Origin: a virus
Lineage: Duplodnaviria > Caudoviricetes
Virus record (IMG/VR): IMGVR_UViG_3300037467_001880
Span: 1-34,564 of that record
Direction: 5' to 3' (one strand)
Length of the DNA stretch: 34,564 nucleotides
The stretch's first letter is position 1; each line of letters opens with the position of its first letter. Positions 18,419 through 25,852 of this stretch are shown in pieces. The notes under the pieces were generated by a model, which worked only from the letters and a program-made list of their open reading frames with translations, did no database searches and was not told the origin of the DNA. Position numbers and translations under genes: made by a program.

Positions 18419-19362
18419 TGGGCGCCGTCATAACACGCCGCGTTCGCACTTCCCAGCCGTCGGGTTGCGTTATCGCGGCACCGGAATGGCGCGCGCTCGG
18501 GCTACAGAACCTGACGATGTTTGGCACAGCCGATATCGACGCGGCAAGTCCGGCAGGCTTCACGCGCAGCGGCACCGGACACGTTCTAAAGGCGGGGAGG
18601 CTTGGTGTCGGCGTGTCGCAGAATGGCGGCAATAACACATGGGCGCTGAATGCCAAGGGCAAGACCATTGGTGTCGGTAACCAGTTCGCCGTCGTCATCG
18701 CGTTCCAGTTGAACGCAACCGGGCAGACCCAAAGGTACCTTGTCATGGATGGCGCCAGCGCCGACCAAGCGGCCGTAATCTATGGGTATGTCGCCAACAC
18801 CGTCGAATTTTTCGCCCAAGGTTACACTGGCTCGGACCCGCGTACCGGCAGCGGCATCGTCGTCAATGACACACTGCCGCACGTCATCATCTATACGTAC
18901 GACGGCACGAACTGGCGCGGATATCTCGATGGCGTTGAGAAGTTTTCGGTAACGCGCACGTTCTCACTTTTTGGGCTTGCCGGCACCGCGTCGGGATTCA
19001 TCGGCGGGGCCACGGCCACGACGGGCGTGTCAAACGCGACCTACTACCTGCACGCGCGCTTCAGTGCCGGGCTTCCTCGCACTGCCGCATTGCGCTTGTC
19101 CGCCAACCCGTGGCAAATGTTCAAACCACAGCTTCGTCGCATCTGGGCGGCTGGCATGGCTCAGGCAACTACGCGCAGGGCCTTGATCATTTCAAACGGT
19201 CAGATCACTCAGATTGTCGACGCCCTGGTTGGCACCAACCAGAAGCCGCTAGTTCTGTACCTCGGTAAAGTGCAGCAGCAAGTGGCCTCAGAAGGTGTAC
19301 CCATCGTGATCGTCAACGGTGTGATCCGGACCCTGGCGTCAAACGAGACGCTGATCCTTTAA
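18418..19362 (+). CDS. Concanavalin-A/LamG-like lectin domain protein
   Basis: PHVIIYTYDGTNWRGYLDG resembles the LamG-3 WHHV..TYDG....LY.DG motif; followed by LSANPWQMF. Confidence 0.65.
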   Translation: MGAVITRRVRTSQPSGCVIAAPEWRALGLQNLTMFGTADIDAASPAGFTRSGTGHVLKAGRLGVGVSQNGGNNTWALNAKGKTIGVGNQFAVVIAFQLNATGQTQRYLVMDGASADQAAVIYGYVANTVEFFAQGYTGSDPRTGSGIVVNDTLPHVIIYTYDGTNWRGYLDGVEKFSVTRTFSLFGLAGTASGFIGGATATTGVSNATYYLHARFSAGLPRTAALRLSANPWQMFKPQLRRIWAAGMAQATTRRALIISNGQITQIVDALVGTNQKPLVLYLGKVQQQVASEGVPIVIVNGVIRTLASNETLIL

Positions 19363-19364
19363 AA

Positions 19365-19418
19365 TAAGTCAGTCGTTACTTACATCTGTCGGCTTTCTCT
19401 GTTAGAATCGCCGACAGA
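19365..19418 (+). promoter_or_regulatory. Operator copy 4 (TAAGTCA-gtcg-TTACTTA) plus a 9-bp inverted repeat enclosing a TAGAAT -10-like box, upstream of the lysis genes
   Basis: AGTCA at 19367-19371 and TTACT at 19376-19380. TCTGTCGGC (19385-19393) pairs with GCCGACAGA (19410-19418). TAGAAT lies at 19403-19408. Confidence 0.6.
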
Positions 19419-19472
19419 CTTCTTTGCGAGCGAACGTCAAAGGTCGACATTCCAACCTCACAAGGATCAAAG

Positions 19473-19787
19473 ATGCCTGACCAAGACAGCCTGCAGATTC
19501 TGCAAGACGAAATGCGCGACATTCGCGCGACGATGGGCAAGATGGCCGACGCCCTGACCAAGCTCTCCGTCCTGGAGGAGCGCAACCTCATTGCCAACAC
19601 CGCCATCGAGAAGATGATGGCCCGTCAAGACAAGGCCGACGAGCGCCTGCAAGCCGTCATTCTGGACCACGCCAAATTCGAAGCGAACATCGCCGGCATT
19701 TCGACCGCGATGAAATGGATGTGGGCGGCCTTTGGCTCTGGCGTCATCTACATCGGCGGCCAGGTCATCAAACACTACGCCAACTGA
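19473..19787 (+). CDS. Putative holin/antiholin-like membrane protein
   Basis: Coiled-coil N-terminus and a single C-terminal hydrophobic segment; directly upstream of the endolysin. Confidence 0.6.
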   Translation: MPDQDSLQILQDEMRDIRATMGKMADALTKLSVLEERNLIANTAIEKMMARQDKADERLQAVILDHAKFEANIAGISTAMKWMWAAFGSGVIYIGGQVIKHYAN

Positions 19788-19789
19788 TC

Positions 19790-20425
19790 ATGCTCACGCT
19801 CGCCCAACTGCAGGCGTGCATGCCGATGTTGGGCGTGCGCGCGCAAGACTTCATTCCCCACCTTCAGAAAGCCATCGATCTGGCCGGCGCTACCACGCGC
19901 AACCGGCTCACGATGTTCCTGGCCACGGTCGCCTATGAGTCGGACGACCTGCTGCACCTGGAAGAAAACCTCAATTACAGCGCCGAAGGTCTGGTCAAGA
20001 ACTGGCCCTCGCGCTTCAACGCGATCACCGCGGCCCAATACGCACGCCAGCCCGAGAAGATCGCCAACAAGGTGTACGCCCTGCGCGGCGGCAACGGCGA
20101 CGAGAAATCGGGCGACGGCTGGCGCTACCGCGGCGCGGGCGGTATTCAGCTGACTTTCAAGGCGAACCATCACGCGTGCGCGGCCTTCTTCGGCAAACGC
20201 GACGAGGACATGTACGCCTGGCTGTGCAGCCCGGAAGGCGCCCTGATGTCGGCCGCCTGGTTCTGGAAGACCCGCGGCTGCAACGACTATGCCGACCACA
20301 ACGACTTCGACGGCGTATGCGACGTGGTCAATGTCGGCCGCAAGACCACCGCCTACGGCGACGCCATTGGATTCGTCAACCGCCTGATTCGACTGCGCTC
20401 GGTCCAGGCAATCATCAAGGAGTAA
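19790..20425 (+). CDS. Endolysin, glycoside hydrolase family 19 (chitinase-like lysozyme)
   Basis: Motifs FLATVAYES, LEENLNYS, IANKVY..R.GNG, GDGWRYRG.G.IQLT and SAAWFW. Start placed at ATG 19790, after the upstream stop. Confidence 0.9.
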   Translation: MLTLAQLQACMPMLGVRAQDFIPHLQKAIDLAGATTRNRLTMFLATVAYESDDLLHLEENLNYSAEGLVKNWPSRFNAITAAQYARQPEKIANKVYALRGGNGDEKSGDGWRYRGAGGIQLTFKANHHACAAFFGKRDEDMYAWLCSPEGALMSAAWFWKTRGCNDYADHNDFDGVCDVVNVGRKTTAYGDAIGFVNRLIRLRSVQAIIKE

Positions 20426-20428
20426 CAC

Positions 20429-20653
20429 ATGCAGAACTTCGTCGCAAAACTGAAAAACGCCTGGCGCTCCAAGACCGTGTGGTTCAACGCCGGCGCCGGT
20501 CTGGCGCTGGCCTACTCAAACGAGATTTTGCAGCTGATGCCGCAGCTGCAGCCGGTGCTGGGCGCTGACCACTTTCAAGCCGCCATCACGACCATCACGA
20601 TCGCCAACGTCGTGCTGCGCTTCGTGACCACGCACCCGCTGGAGGCGAAGTGA
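20429..20653 (+). CDS. Putative holin
   Basis: 74 aa with two hydrophobic segments and the W.SKT.W.N...N..LR..T..P pattern. SD AAGGAG; lies between endolysin and spanins. Confidence 0.65.
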   Translation: MQNFVAKLKNAWRSKTVWFNAGAGLALAYSNEILQLMPQLQPVLGADHFQAAITTITIANVVLRFVTTHPLEAK

Positions 20654-21111
20654 TTGGCCTGCCCGAGCGGCTTCTGATCTGGTTCGCGGCCGCGCTCATG
20701 GTGTTCGGCGCGGGCTGGGCCGGCCGCGGCATCTACGCGGACCACAAACAGGTCAAGGTGCTGCAGAAGGACAAGCGCGAGACCAGCCAGAACATCGAAC
20801 ACGCAGTCCAGCAAAGCGAAAAGATCGACGCTGACGTGCACGCGGATGGCGCGCGCATCGAGGGCATTCGCGCCCAGATCGTCGCCCGCATGACTCAACC
20901 CATTTACAAGGAAGTCCACCATGACCCTGTCCATGACAGCCTACCCCAAGCCGCCGACGCCGTGGTTCCTGAAAGCCCTGTGCCTGTTCGCGATCCTGTG
21001 CTCGATGCTGGCACTGTGCGCCTGCTCAACGCCGCCCGCAGCGGGACCGAGCTTCGTGCCGCCGGCAGCGGCGATGAGCAAAAGCCGGCCGCTCCCCGGC
21101 CTGCCGGTTGA
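20650..21111 (+). CDS. Inner-membrane spanin (Rz-like)
   Basis: GTGA overlap. N-terminal transmembrane helix followed by a coiled coil and a late VRLLNAAR motif; position in the lysis cassette fits. Confidence 0.75.
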   Translation: MIGLPERLLIWFAAALMVFGAGWAGRGIYADHKQVKVLQKDKRETSQNIEHAVQQSEKIDADVHADGARIEGIRAQIVARMTQPIYKEVHHDPVHDSLPQAADAVVPESPVPVRDPVLDAGTVRLLNAARSGTELRAAGSGDEQKPAAPRPAG

Positions 21112-21265
21112 TTCGAGCGCGCCAGACGACGCACCTACCACGGTCGGCATCAAGGAGCTGGTCGACGACAGCCTGACCGTGACCGCCATGTACCGCGACC
21201 TGGCCAAACGCCATGATGAACTGGTCGACGCCGTGAACAAATTCCTGCACAAGCAGGCCAACTAG
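20921..21265 (+). CDS. Outer-membrane spanin lipoprotein (Rz1-like), overlapping the i-spanin in another frame
   Basis: Signal peptide ends in a lipobox-like LALCA-C, followed by a Pro-rich region and a C-terminal helix (YRDLAKRHDELVDAV). The exact start (20921 or 20933) is uncertain. Confidence 0.75.
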   Translation: MTLSMTAYPKPPTPWFLKALCLFAILCSMLALCACSTPPAAGPSFVPPAAAMSKSRPLPGLPVDSSAPDDAPTTVGIKELVDDSLTVTAMYRDLAKRHDELVDAVNKFLHKQAN

Positions 21266-21283
21266 CCATTCAAGGAGCACGGC

Positions 21284-21499
21284 ATGCAATACCCCAGCGG
21301 CGCCAGTCAGTCGGTCAGCGGCGCATATGACACGATCGGCAATTTCTTTCCACTCGATTCCCTGCCACAGCACTTCGAACGTGACGGCAGCGGCAACGTC
21401 CTGTCCATCACCGTCACCGACGGCAAGAGCACCTGGACCCAGACCTACACCTATGTCAATGGCTTCGTCAGCGACATTTCCGGCTGGGTGAAAGCATGA
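21284..21499 (+). CDS. Small hypothetical protein
   Basis: SD AAGGAG and ATGA coupling to the next gene; beta-hairpin-like WTQTYTY..G.V..IS.W. Confidence 0.65.
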   Translation: MQYPSGASQSVSGAYDTIGNFFPLDSLPQHFERDGSGNVLSITVTDGKSTWTQTYTYVNGFVSDISGWVKA

Positions 21500-23319
21500 G
21501 CGTAAGTTCCTTCCTGCGCGATAAGTCCATCAGCGGCGCGAGCGCCGGCGGCGGCTCGACCTATACCGACCCATCCAAGATTGTCTATGTCGCCGCGGCC
21601 GGCGGCTCGGTCGACGCGGCGCCTGCCGTCAATGCCGCATTGGCGCAAATCTACGCCAACAAGGGCGGCAAGCTGGTGTTCCCATTCATGATGGCCGGCT
21701 ACAGCTTCGCCACGCCTATCGTGATCGACGTGACACAGTACGCAATGGGCAGCGGCATCATGATCGAACTGGGCGGCAATGCCTACAATCCGACCCATGG
21801 CGGCTGGTGTTTTGACATCAAGACCAACTTCTTCCACGCCAACTGCGGCGGCAAGCTGGGCAACAAGCCGGTGATCATCAACGGCGGCGGCGCCAACATC
21901 TACAACGGCGGCGGCGTATCGGCGCTGGGCGGCGTGCGCTTCAACGACACGGTCGTTTATGGTCTGAATGATATCGTCATCAATGTCTATACCGGCGGCA
22001 CCGCATGCCAGCTGAACATCACGAGCAGCGACCTGTCGACCTGGGTGGAGCACGGCCGCATCATTGACCTGCGCGGTTCGAACAATCTGAACGGCTTATG
22101 GACCAAGTCGAGCAACATCATCGGCAGTTTCCTCGGCAACTATTTTGAGCGCATCGCGTTCGAAGGCCGTGTCAACAACTGCAAGAACTACTGGTTGCAG
22201 GGCCTGATGTTCAACTGCCAGTTCAACATGTGCGGCGGCTACTACAACCAGACCGTGGGCGGCACCAAGTTCACTGGCGGTTGCTGCTTCTACCTGGACG
22301 GCGGTTACACCGGCACGACCTTCATTTCGCCATGGGTCGACGCCGGCGGTGGTGGCGATCAAGACCCGCTGCACGACTTCGTGTTCGGCCCGAACTACAC
22401 GGCCAATCTGAGTTATTACCCCACCCTGTTCAATACGGTCGAAATCAACCCGCCGCTGAACTGGCGCGACAAAATGCTGATCGCTTCGCCGATCGGCTAT
22501 GGCACCCTGGATGGCGGCGTGGCGGCAAGTCCGCGTGAGGTGCTGCGTTCGGCCCGCACCTACTACGTGAACGGCACGACCGGCAGCGACACAGCCAACA
22601 CCGGCATGAAGGACTACAACAACGTCATTCATCCGTTTCAGACCGTGCAGCACGCGCTGGACGTGATCTACGGCACGCTCGACTGCGCCGGCAAGAACGT
22701 GACAATTCAGATCCAGGATGGCACCTGGACCGAAGCGATCACGATCAGCGGCCAGCCAACCGGCCTGGGTGGCGCGACGCTGTCCATCATCGGCAACTTC
22801 ACCACGCCTGGCAACGTCAAGTTCTCGACGGTTGGTGATGCACTGACGGTCAAGAACGGCGCGCGCGTGACGGTCAAGGGCTTGACCCTGGCATCGAGCA
22901 GCGGCAACGCCATCAACACGTACGGACAAGGTTCGTTCGTGTACCTGGACGCCGGTTGCCAATTCGGCACCTGTGGCCTGGCGCATATGAAAGTGGGCGT
23001 GGGTGCCGAAATCGATACCGGTGCATCCTACAAGATCACCGGCAATGCCAAAACGCACTGGGAAATCTCCGGTGGTGTCGTGACCAAGGGCGCGGCCGTC
23101 GACGCGACCGGCATCGCATTCTCGGCCAACTTCACGAACGTGTACAACCGCGGCGGCCTGTTCCTGAACGATACGTCGTTCACGACGACGGGCAGTACTG
23201 GCACCCGGTTCTACGTCTACGCAGGCGGCATGGTGCAGTCGTACGGCGCGGCCAACACAATCATGCCAGGGGCGACGGCGGGCTATACCGACACCGGCAC
23301 CGGTGGGCTGTATCTGTGA
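21496..23319 (+). CDS. Putative right-handed beta-helix (pectin-lyase-like) tailspike/depolymerase
   Basis: Gly/Asn/Thr-rich, with two beta-helix cap-like motifs: D.APAVNAAL...GG.L.FP and TYYVNGTTGSD..N.G...PFQTVQHALD...TIQI.DGTW.E. Confidence 0.6.
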   Translation: MSVSSFLRDKSISGASAGGGSTYTDPSKIVYVAAAGGSVDAAPAVNAALAQIYANKGGKLVFPFMMAGYSFATPIVIDVTQYAMGSGIMIELGGNAYNPTHGGWCFDIKTNFFHANCGGKLGNKPVIINGGGANIYNGGGVSALGGVRFNDTVVYGLNDIVINVYTGGTACQLNITSSDLSTWVEHGRIIDLRGSNNLNGLWTKSSNIIGSFLGNYFERIAFEGRVNNCKNYWLQGLMFNCQFNMCGGYYNQTVGGTKFTGGCCFYLDGGYTGTTFISPWVDAGGGGDQDPLHDFVFGPNYTANLSYYPTLFNTVEINPPLNWRDKMLIASPIGYGTLDGGVAASPREVLRSARTYYVNGTTGSDTANTGMKDYNNVIHPFQTVQHALDVIYGTLDCAGKNVTIQIQDGTWTEAITISGQPTGLGGATLSIIGNFTTPGNVKFSTVGDALTVKNGARVTVKGLTLASSSGNAINTYGQGSFVYLDAGCQFGTCGLAHMKVGVGAEIDTGASYKITGNAKTHWEISGGVVTKGAAVDATGIAFSANFTNVYNRGGLFLNDTSFTTTGSTGTRFYVYAGGMVQSYGAANTIMPGATAGYTDTGTGGLYL

Positions 23320-23326
23320 TGTGAAA

Positions 23327-23351
23327 GAAAGCCGCCTTCGGGCGGCTTTTC
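23327..23351 (+). terminator. Rho-independent terminator (potentially bidirectional)
   Basis: AAAGCCGCC-TTCG-GGCGGCTTTT; ends the structural/lysis block. Confidence 0.9.
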
Positions 23352-23362
23352 TTACTGTTCGA

Positions 23363-23384
23363 TCAGTCATCGCTGAGTTATAGT
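23363..23384 (+). promoter_or_regulatory. Operator copy 5, AGTCA-tcgc-TGAGT (23365-23378), abutting a TATAGT -10-like box
   Basis: Same geometry as copies 3 and 6 (palindrome directly followed by -10), upstream of phoH. No clear -35. Confidence 0.65.
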
Positions 23385-23415
23385 GAAGCCTCCGATCACC
23401 GACCAGGAATGCCTC

Positions 23416-24177
23416 ATGCGTAACAAGCAATCCAACGACAAATCCCGCCGCGCAGCAAAACACGCGGGAATGCTCCCCGAGCAGCAAATGGCAAACGCCC
23501 TGCCGCCTCCGGTGCGCCGCAAACCCGAACCTTTCGAACCGAAGAACGAGCGCCAGCGCGGCTACGCATCGGCCATGCGCCGCGACGGCAGTGTCGTGTT
23601 CGGCCTGGGTCCGGCCGGCACCGGCAAGACCTATGTGGCCGGATGCATGGCGGCCGAAGCGCTGCTGGACAACCGGGTCGAGAAAATCATCTTGACGCGC
23701 CCGGCGGTCGAAGCAGGCGGTGAAAACATGGGCTTCCTGCCTGGCGAGAAAGAACAGAAATTCGATCCGTATTTCGATCCGTTCCGTGATGTGCTGGAAG
23801 AACGTCTTGGCAAGTCGTTCGTGGAATATCTGATCAAGGAAGGTCGCATCAAGTGCGAGCCATTCGCCTACATGCGCGGCAAGACCTTCAAGAACGCCTT
23901 CGTGATCCTGGATGAAGGCCAGAACGCCACGCCGGAACAGTACAAGCTGTTCCTGACCCGCATCGGTCAGGGCGCCACTGTGGTGATCAACGGCGACGAG
24001 AGCCAGGCCGATATCAAGAAGTCCGGGCTGATGGATGCGGCCGCGCGACTGTTCCACCTGCCGGTGGTGAAGGTGGTGCAGTTCCGCCGCGAGGATATCG
24101 TCCGTTCCGGTCTGGTGCAGGAAATCGTGTCCGCCTATGAAGCGCCCTGCCCGCCATTGCATCCTTCGCTCCAGTGA
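23416..24177 (+). CDS. phoH: PhoH-family ATPase
   Basis: Motifs GPAGTGKT (Walker A), KIILTRPAVE, GFLPG, AYMRGKTF, ILDEGQN, LTRIG, GD..Q.D and DIVRSGLV. ATG 23416 (SD AGGA) is preferred over GTG 23383, which overlaps the -10 box. Confidence 0.95.
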   Translation: MRNKQSNDKSRRAAKHAGMLPEQQMANALPPPVRRKPEPFEPKNERQRGYASAMRRDGSVVFGLGPAGTGKTYVAGCMAAEALLDNRVEKIILTRPAVEAGGENMGFLPGEKEQKFDPYFDPFRDVLEERLGKSFVEYLIKEGRIKCEPFAYMRGKTFKNAFVILDEGQNATPEQYKLFLTRIGQGATVVINGDESQADIKKSGLMDAAARLFHLPVVKVVQFRREDIVRSGLVQEIVSAYEAPCPPLHPSLQ

Positions 24178-24921
24178 AATCGGGCATTTATAGGATTGTT
24201 CAGCTCTCGACCGGGCGACACTACATCGGCAGCGCTGTCGACGTAGATGCCCGGCGCCGCCGTCATTGGTGGGAGCTGCACACCGGGCGCCATTCGAACC
24301 CCAAGCTGCAACGGGCTTGGAATAAGTATGGCGCCGACGACTTCATTCACGAGAAGATCGAGACCTGCGATAAGAAAGTGCTGACTGAGCGCGAACAGTT
24401 CTGGATGGACTCGACGAAGCCGTTCTTCAATATCCTGCAGCGCGCTCGATCGGCACAGGGTCTAGTCATGCCCGAGTCAGCGAAAAAGGTCTTGAGTGAG
24501 AAAGCAAAGGCCAGGTACGCCGCGTTGAGCGAAGAAGAAAAGGCCGACCTGCATGCCGCCCATGCAGCGCGCCTTCGCGGCCGTAAGCAGACCGCTGAGC
24601 ACTCACAAGCGATCGCCAAGGCGCTCAAGGGTCGACGTAACAATGAAGCCCAGAACGCGGCCCTGGCGCGCAATAGGGACAATCCAGAAGCACTCGCGAA
24701 GCGTATCGCGGCGCGGGCGTGCATCTGGTACACGGCGACGGCCCCAGACGGCACCGTGCATGAGTTCCAGAACATGTGCGAGTTCGCGCGCCAGCACGAC
24801 CTGAGCCAGTCGCATATGGTGGCGGTAGCAAAGGGAACGCGCCGGGCGCACAAGGGATGGACCTGCTCGTATCTTCCCGCGCCCGCACCTTCGCTGCATC
24901 CTTCTCTGCAATCGTAAAATC
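24142..24921 (+). repeat. Imperfect direct repeat flanking the endonuclease (24142-24181 and 24879-24921)
   Basis: GCGCCCTGCCCGCCATTGCATCCTTCGCTCCAGTGAAATC (APCPPLHPSLQ*) versus GCGCCCGCACCTTCGCTGCATCCTTCTCTGCAATCGTAAAATC (APAPSLHPSLQS*). Confidence 0.85.
24174..24917 (+). CDS. GIY-YIG homing endonuclease with NUMOD-like DNA-binding repeats (free-standing)
   Basis: SGIYRI...HYIGSA, R..H, H.N..LQRAWNKYG, EREQFWMD, FFN, RGRKQTAEH...I..ALKGR and HKGW. GTGA overlap with the phoH stop. Confidence 0.9.
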   Translation: MKSGIYRIVQLSTGRHYIGSAVDVDARRRRHWWELHTGRHSNPKLQRAWNKYGADDFIHEKIETCDKKVLTEREQFWMDSTKPFFNILQRARSAQGLVMPESAKKVLSEKAKARYAALSEEEKADLHAAHAARLRGRKQTAEHSQAIAKALKGRRNNEAQNAALARNRDNPEALAKRIAARACIWYTATAPDGTVHEFQNMCEFARQHDLSQSHMVAVAKGTRRAHKGWTCSYLPAPAPSLHPSLQS

Positions 24922-24960
24922 AGCTGTCGGGCCGGGTCATTCCGGTCCTGAAAGAGCTTG

Positions 24961-24991
24961 GGGTGGAGCTTGGGGTCTCCACCCGTTTTCT
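24961..24991 (+). terminator. Possible terminator hairpin after phoH-endonuclease
   Basis: GGGTGGAG (24961-24968), 8-nt loop, CTCCACCC (24977-24984), then GTTTTCT. Confidence 0.5.
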
Positions 24992-25062
24992 ATAAGTTCT
25001 TTCTATATTCTGTATGTAAGTAATGAAGTATTAAAGTATTTTCGAAAACGGAGGCAAGCCCC

Positions 25063-25785
25063 ATGCAGCACCCAAGCGATGCGGAACTGGAAACTTTGCA
25101 CGGCGCATTTTTCGGCATGAAGCTGGACGAAAGCGCCCGCGACGCCCTGGCCATCGCCCGGATCGATCGCAAGATTCTCGACCGCGAGCCCGCACTATAT
25201 AATTGCAAGTGGTTCGACTACCGGCCCCTGCACCCGACCACGGCGACCTATCTGCTGGCGCACTGCTACAACCGGGCCTACGGCGACCATATGGGCGCGT
25301 GCTTCGACCGCAAGAAGCGTTTCATGGCGGCGTTCAAAGGCAAGGACGTGATGAATTGCAGGGAAGTCAAGTCGTTCTGGCGGCTGCGTCAGAAAATCGA
25401 CGAACTTGGCATGCGCTACGACTTCTTCTGCCGGCACGCGATGGCATGGTGCGCGGAAAATGGATGGAAGCAGCCGCCGCGCCCGTCCCATGTTTTGAAT
25501 AATGACGAATTGATCATTCAAGTGGCAAATGCATGGGAAATGGAACAGCGCGGCAAGATTCAGTGGGCCAAGCTGGCGCGCTACACAGCGGCTTGTTTCG
25601 TGGGCGGGCGGGACCAGATCGATTATGAACATCACCTGGCCGCGCGCATCATGCAGCGGGCGCACCCCAAGTTTGCCATTCGGACAGCGTTGTACCAGTA
25701 CGACGCCTTGCGCATCGAAGCGGCGCTGGAACTGCTGCCCATCACGGCTGTACATGAGGCGATCGACATGTCGTTGACACCGTAA
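25063..25785 (+). CDS. Hypothetical protein heading the replication module
   Basis: SD GGAGG; 240 aa, helical, with KWFDYR.LHP..AT. Function not recognised. Confidence 0.75.
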   Translation: MQHPSDAELETLHGAFFGMKLDESARDALAIARIDRKILDREPALYNCKWFDYRPLHPTTATYLLAHCYNRAYGDHMGACFDRKKRFMAAFKGKDVMNCREVKSFWRLRQKIDELGMRYDFFCRHAMAWCAENGWKQPPRPSHVLNNDELIIQVANAWEMEQRGKIQWAKLARYTAACFVGGRDQIDYEHHLAARIMQRAHPKFAIRTALYQYDALRIEAALELLPITAVHEAIDMSLTP

Positions 25786-25804
25786 GTCAGCACTGAACTA
25801 TAAT
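25774..25804 (+). promoter_or_regulatory. Promoter TTGACA-19-TATAAT with operator copy 6, AGTCA-gcac-TGAAC (25785-25798)
   Basis: Both hexamers are perfect consensus (25774-25779 and 25799-25804). The spacer is 19 bp and holds the motif. Confidence 0.8.
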
Positions 25805-25852
25805 GAACGCGTCAAGCGAGACGTTCGCAATTTACCCACACGGAGAGTTACA

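Noticed and set aside
23383-23415. ORF-track upstream starts (phoH GTG 23383; also 3986, 15410, 17412, 19715, 30381, 31006, 33183)
   Set aside because: They overlap promoters or upstream genes. Downstream ATG/GTG codons with SD sequences or stop-start coupling are more plausible.
22096-24162. 688-aa - strand ORF, and similar antisense ORFs at 4215-5174, 10903-12045, 14293-15471, 31248-32570 and 32219-33448
   Set aside because: They overlap well-supported + strand genes, cross terminators or operon boundaries, and have no recognisable motifs.
24174-24917. Group I intron or intein hosting the GIY-YIG ORF
   Set aside because: The ORF fills the whole interval between the duplicated ends, leaving no room for a ribozyme core. 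phoH has its own stop and there are no intein Cys/His-Asn termini.
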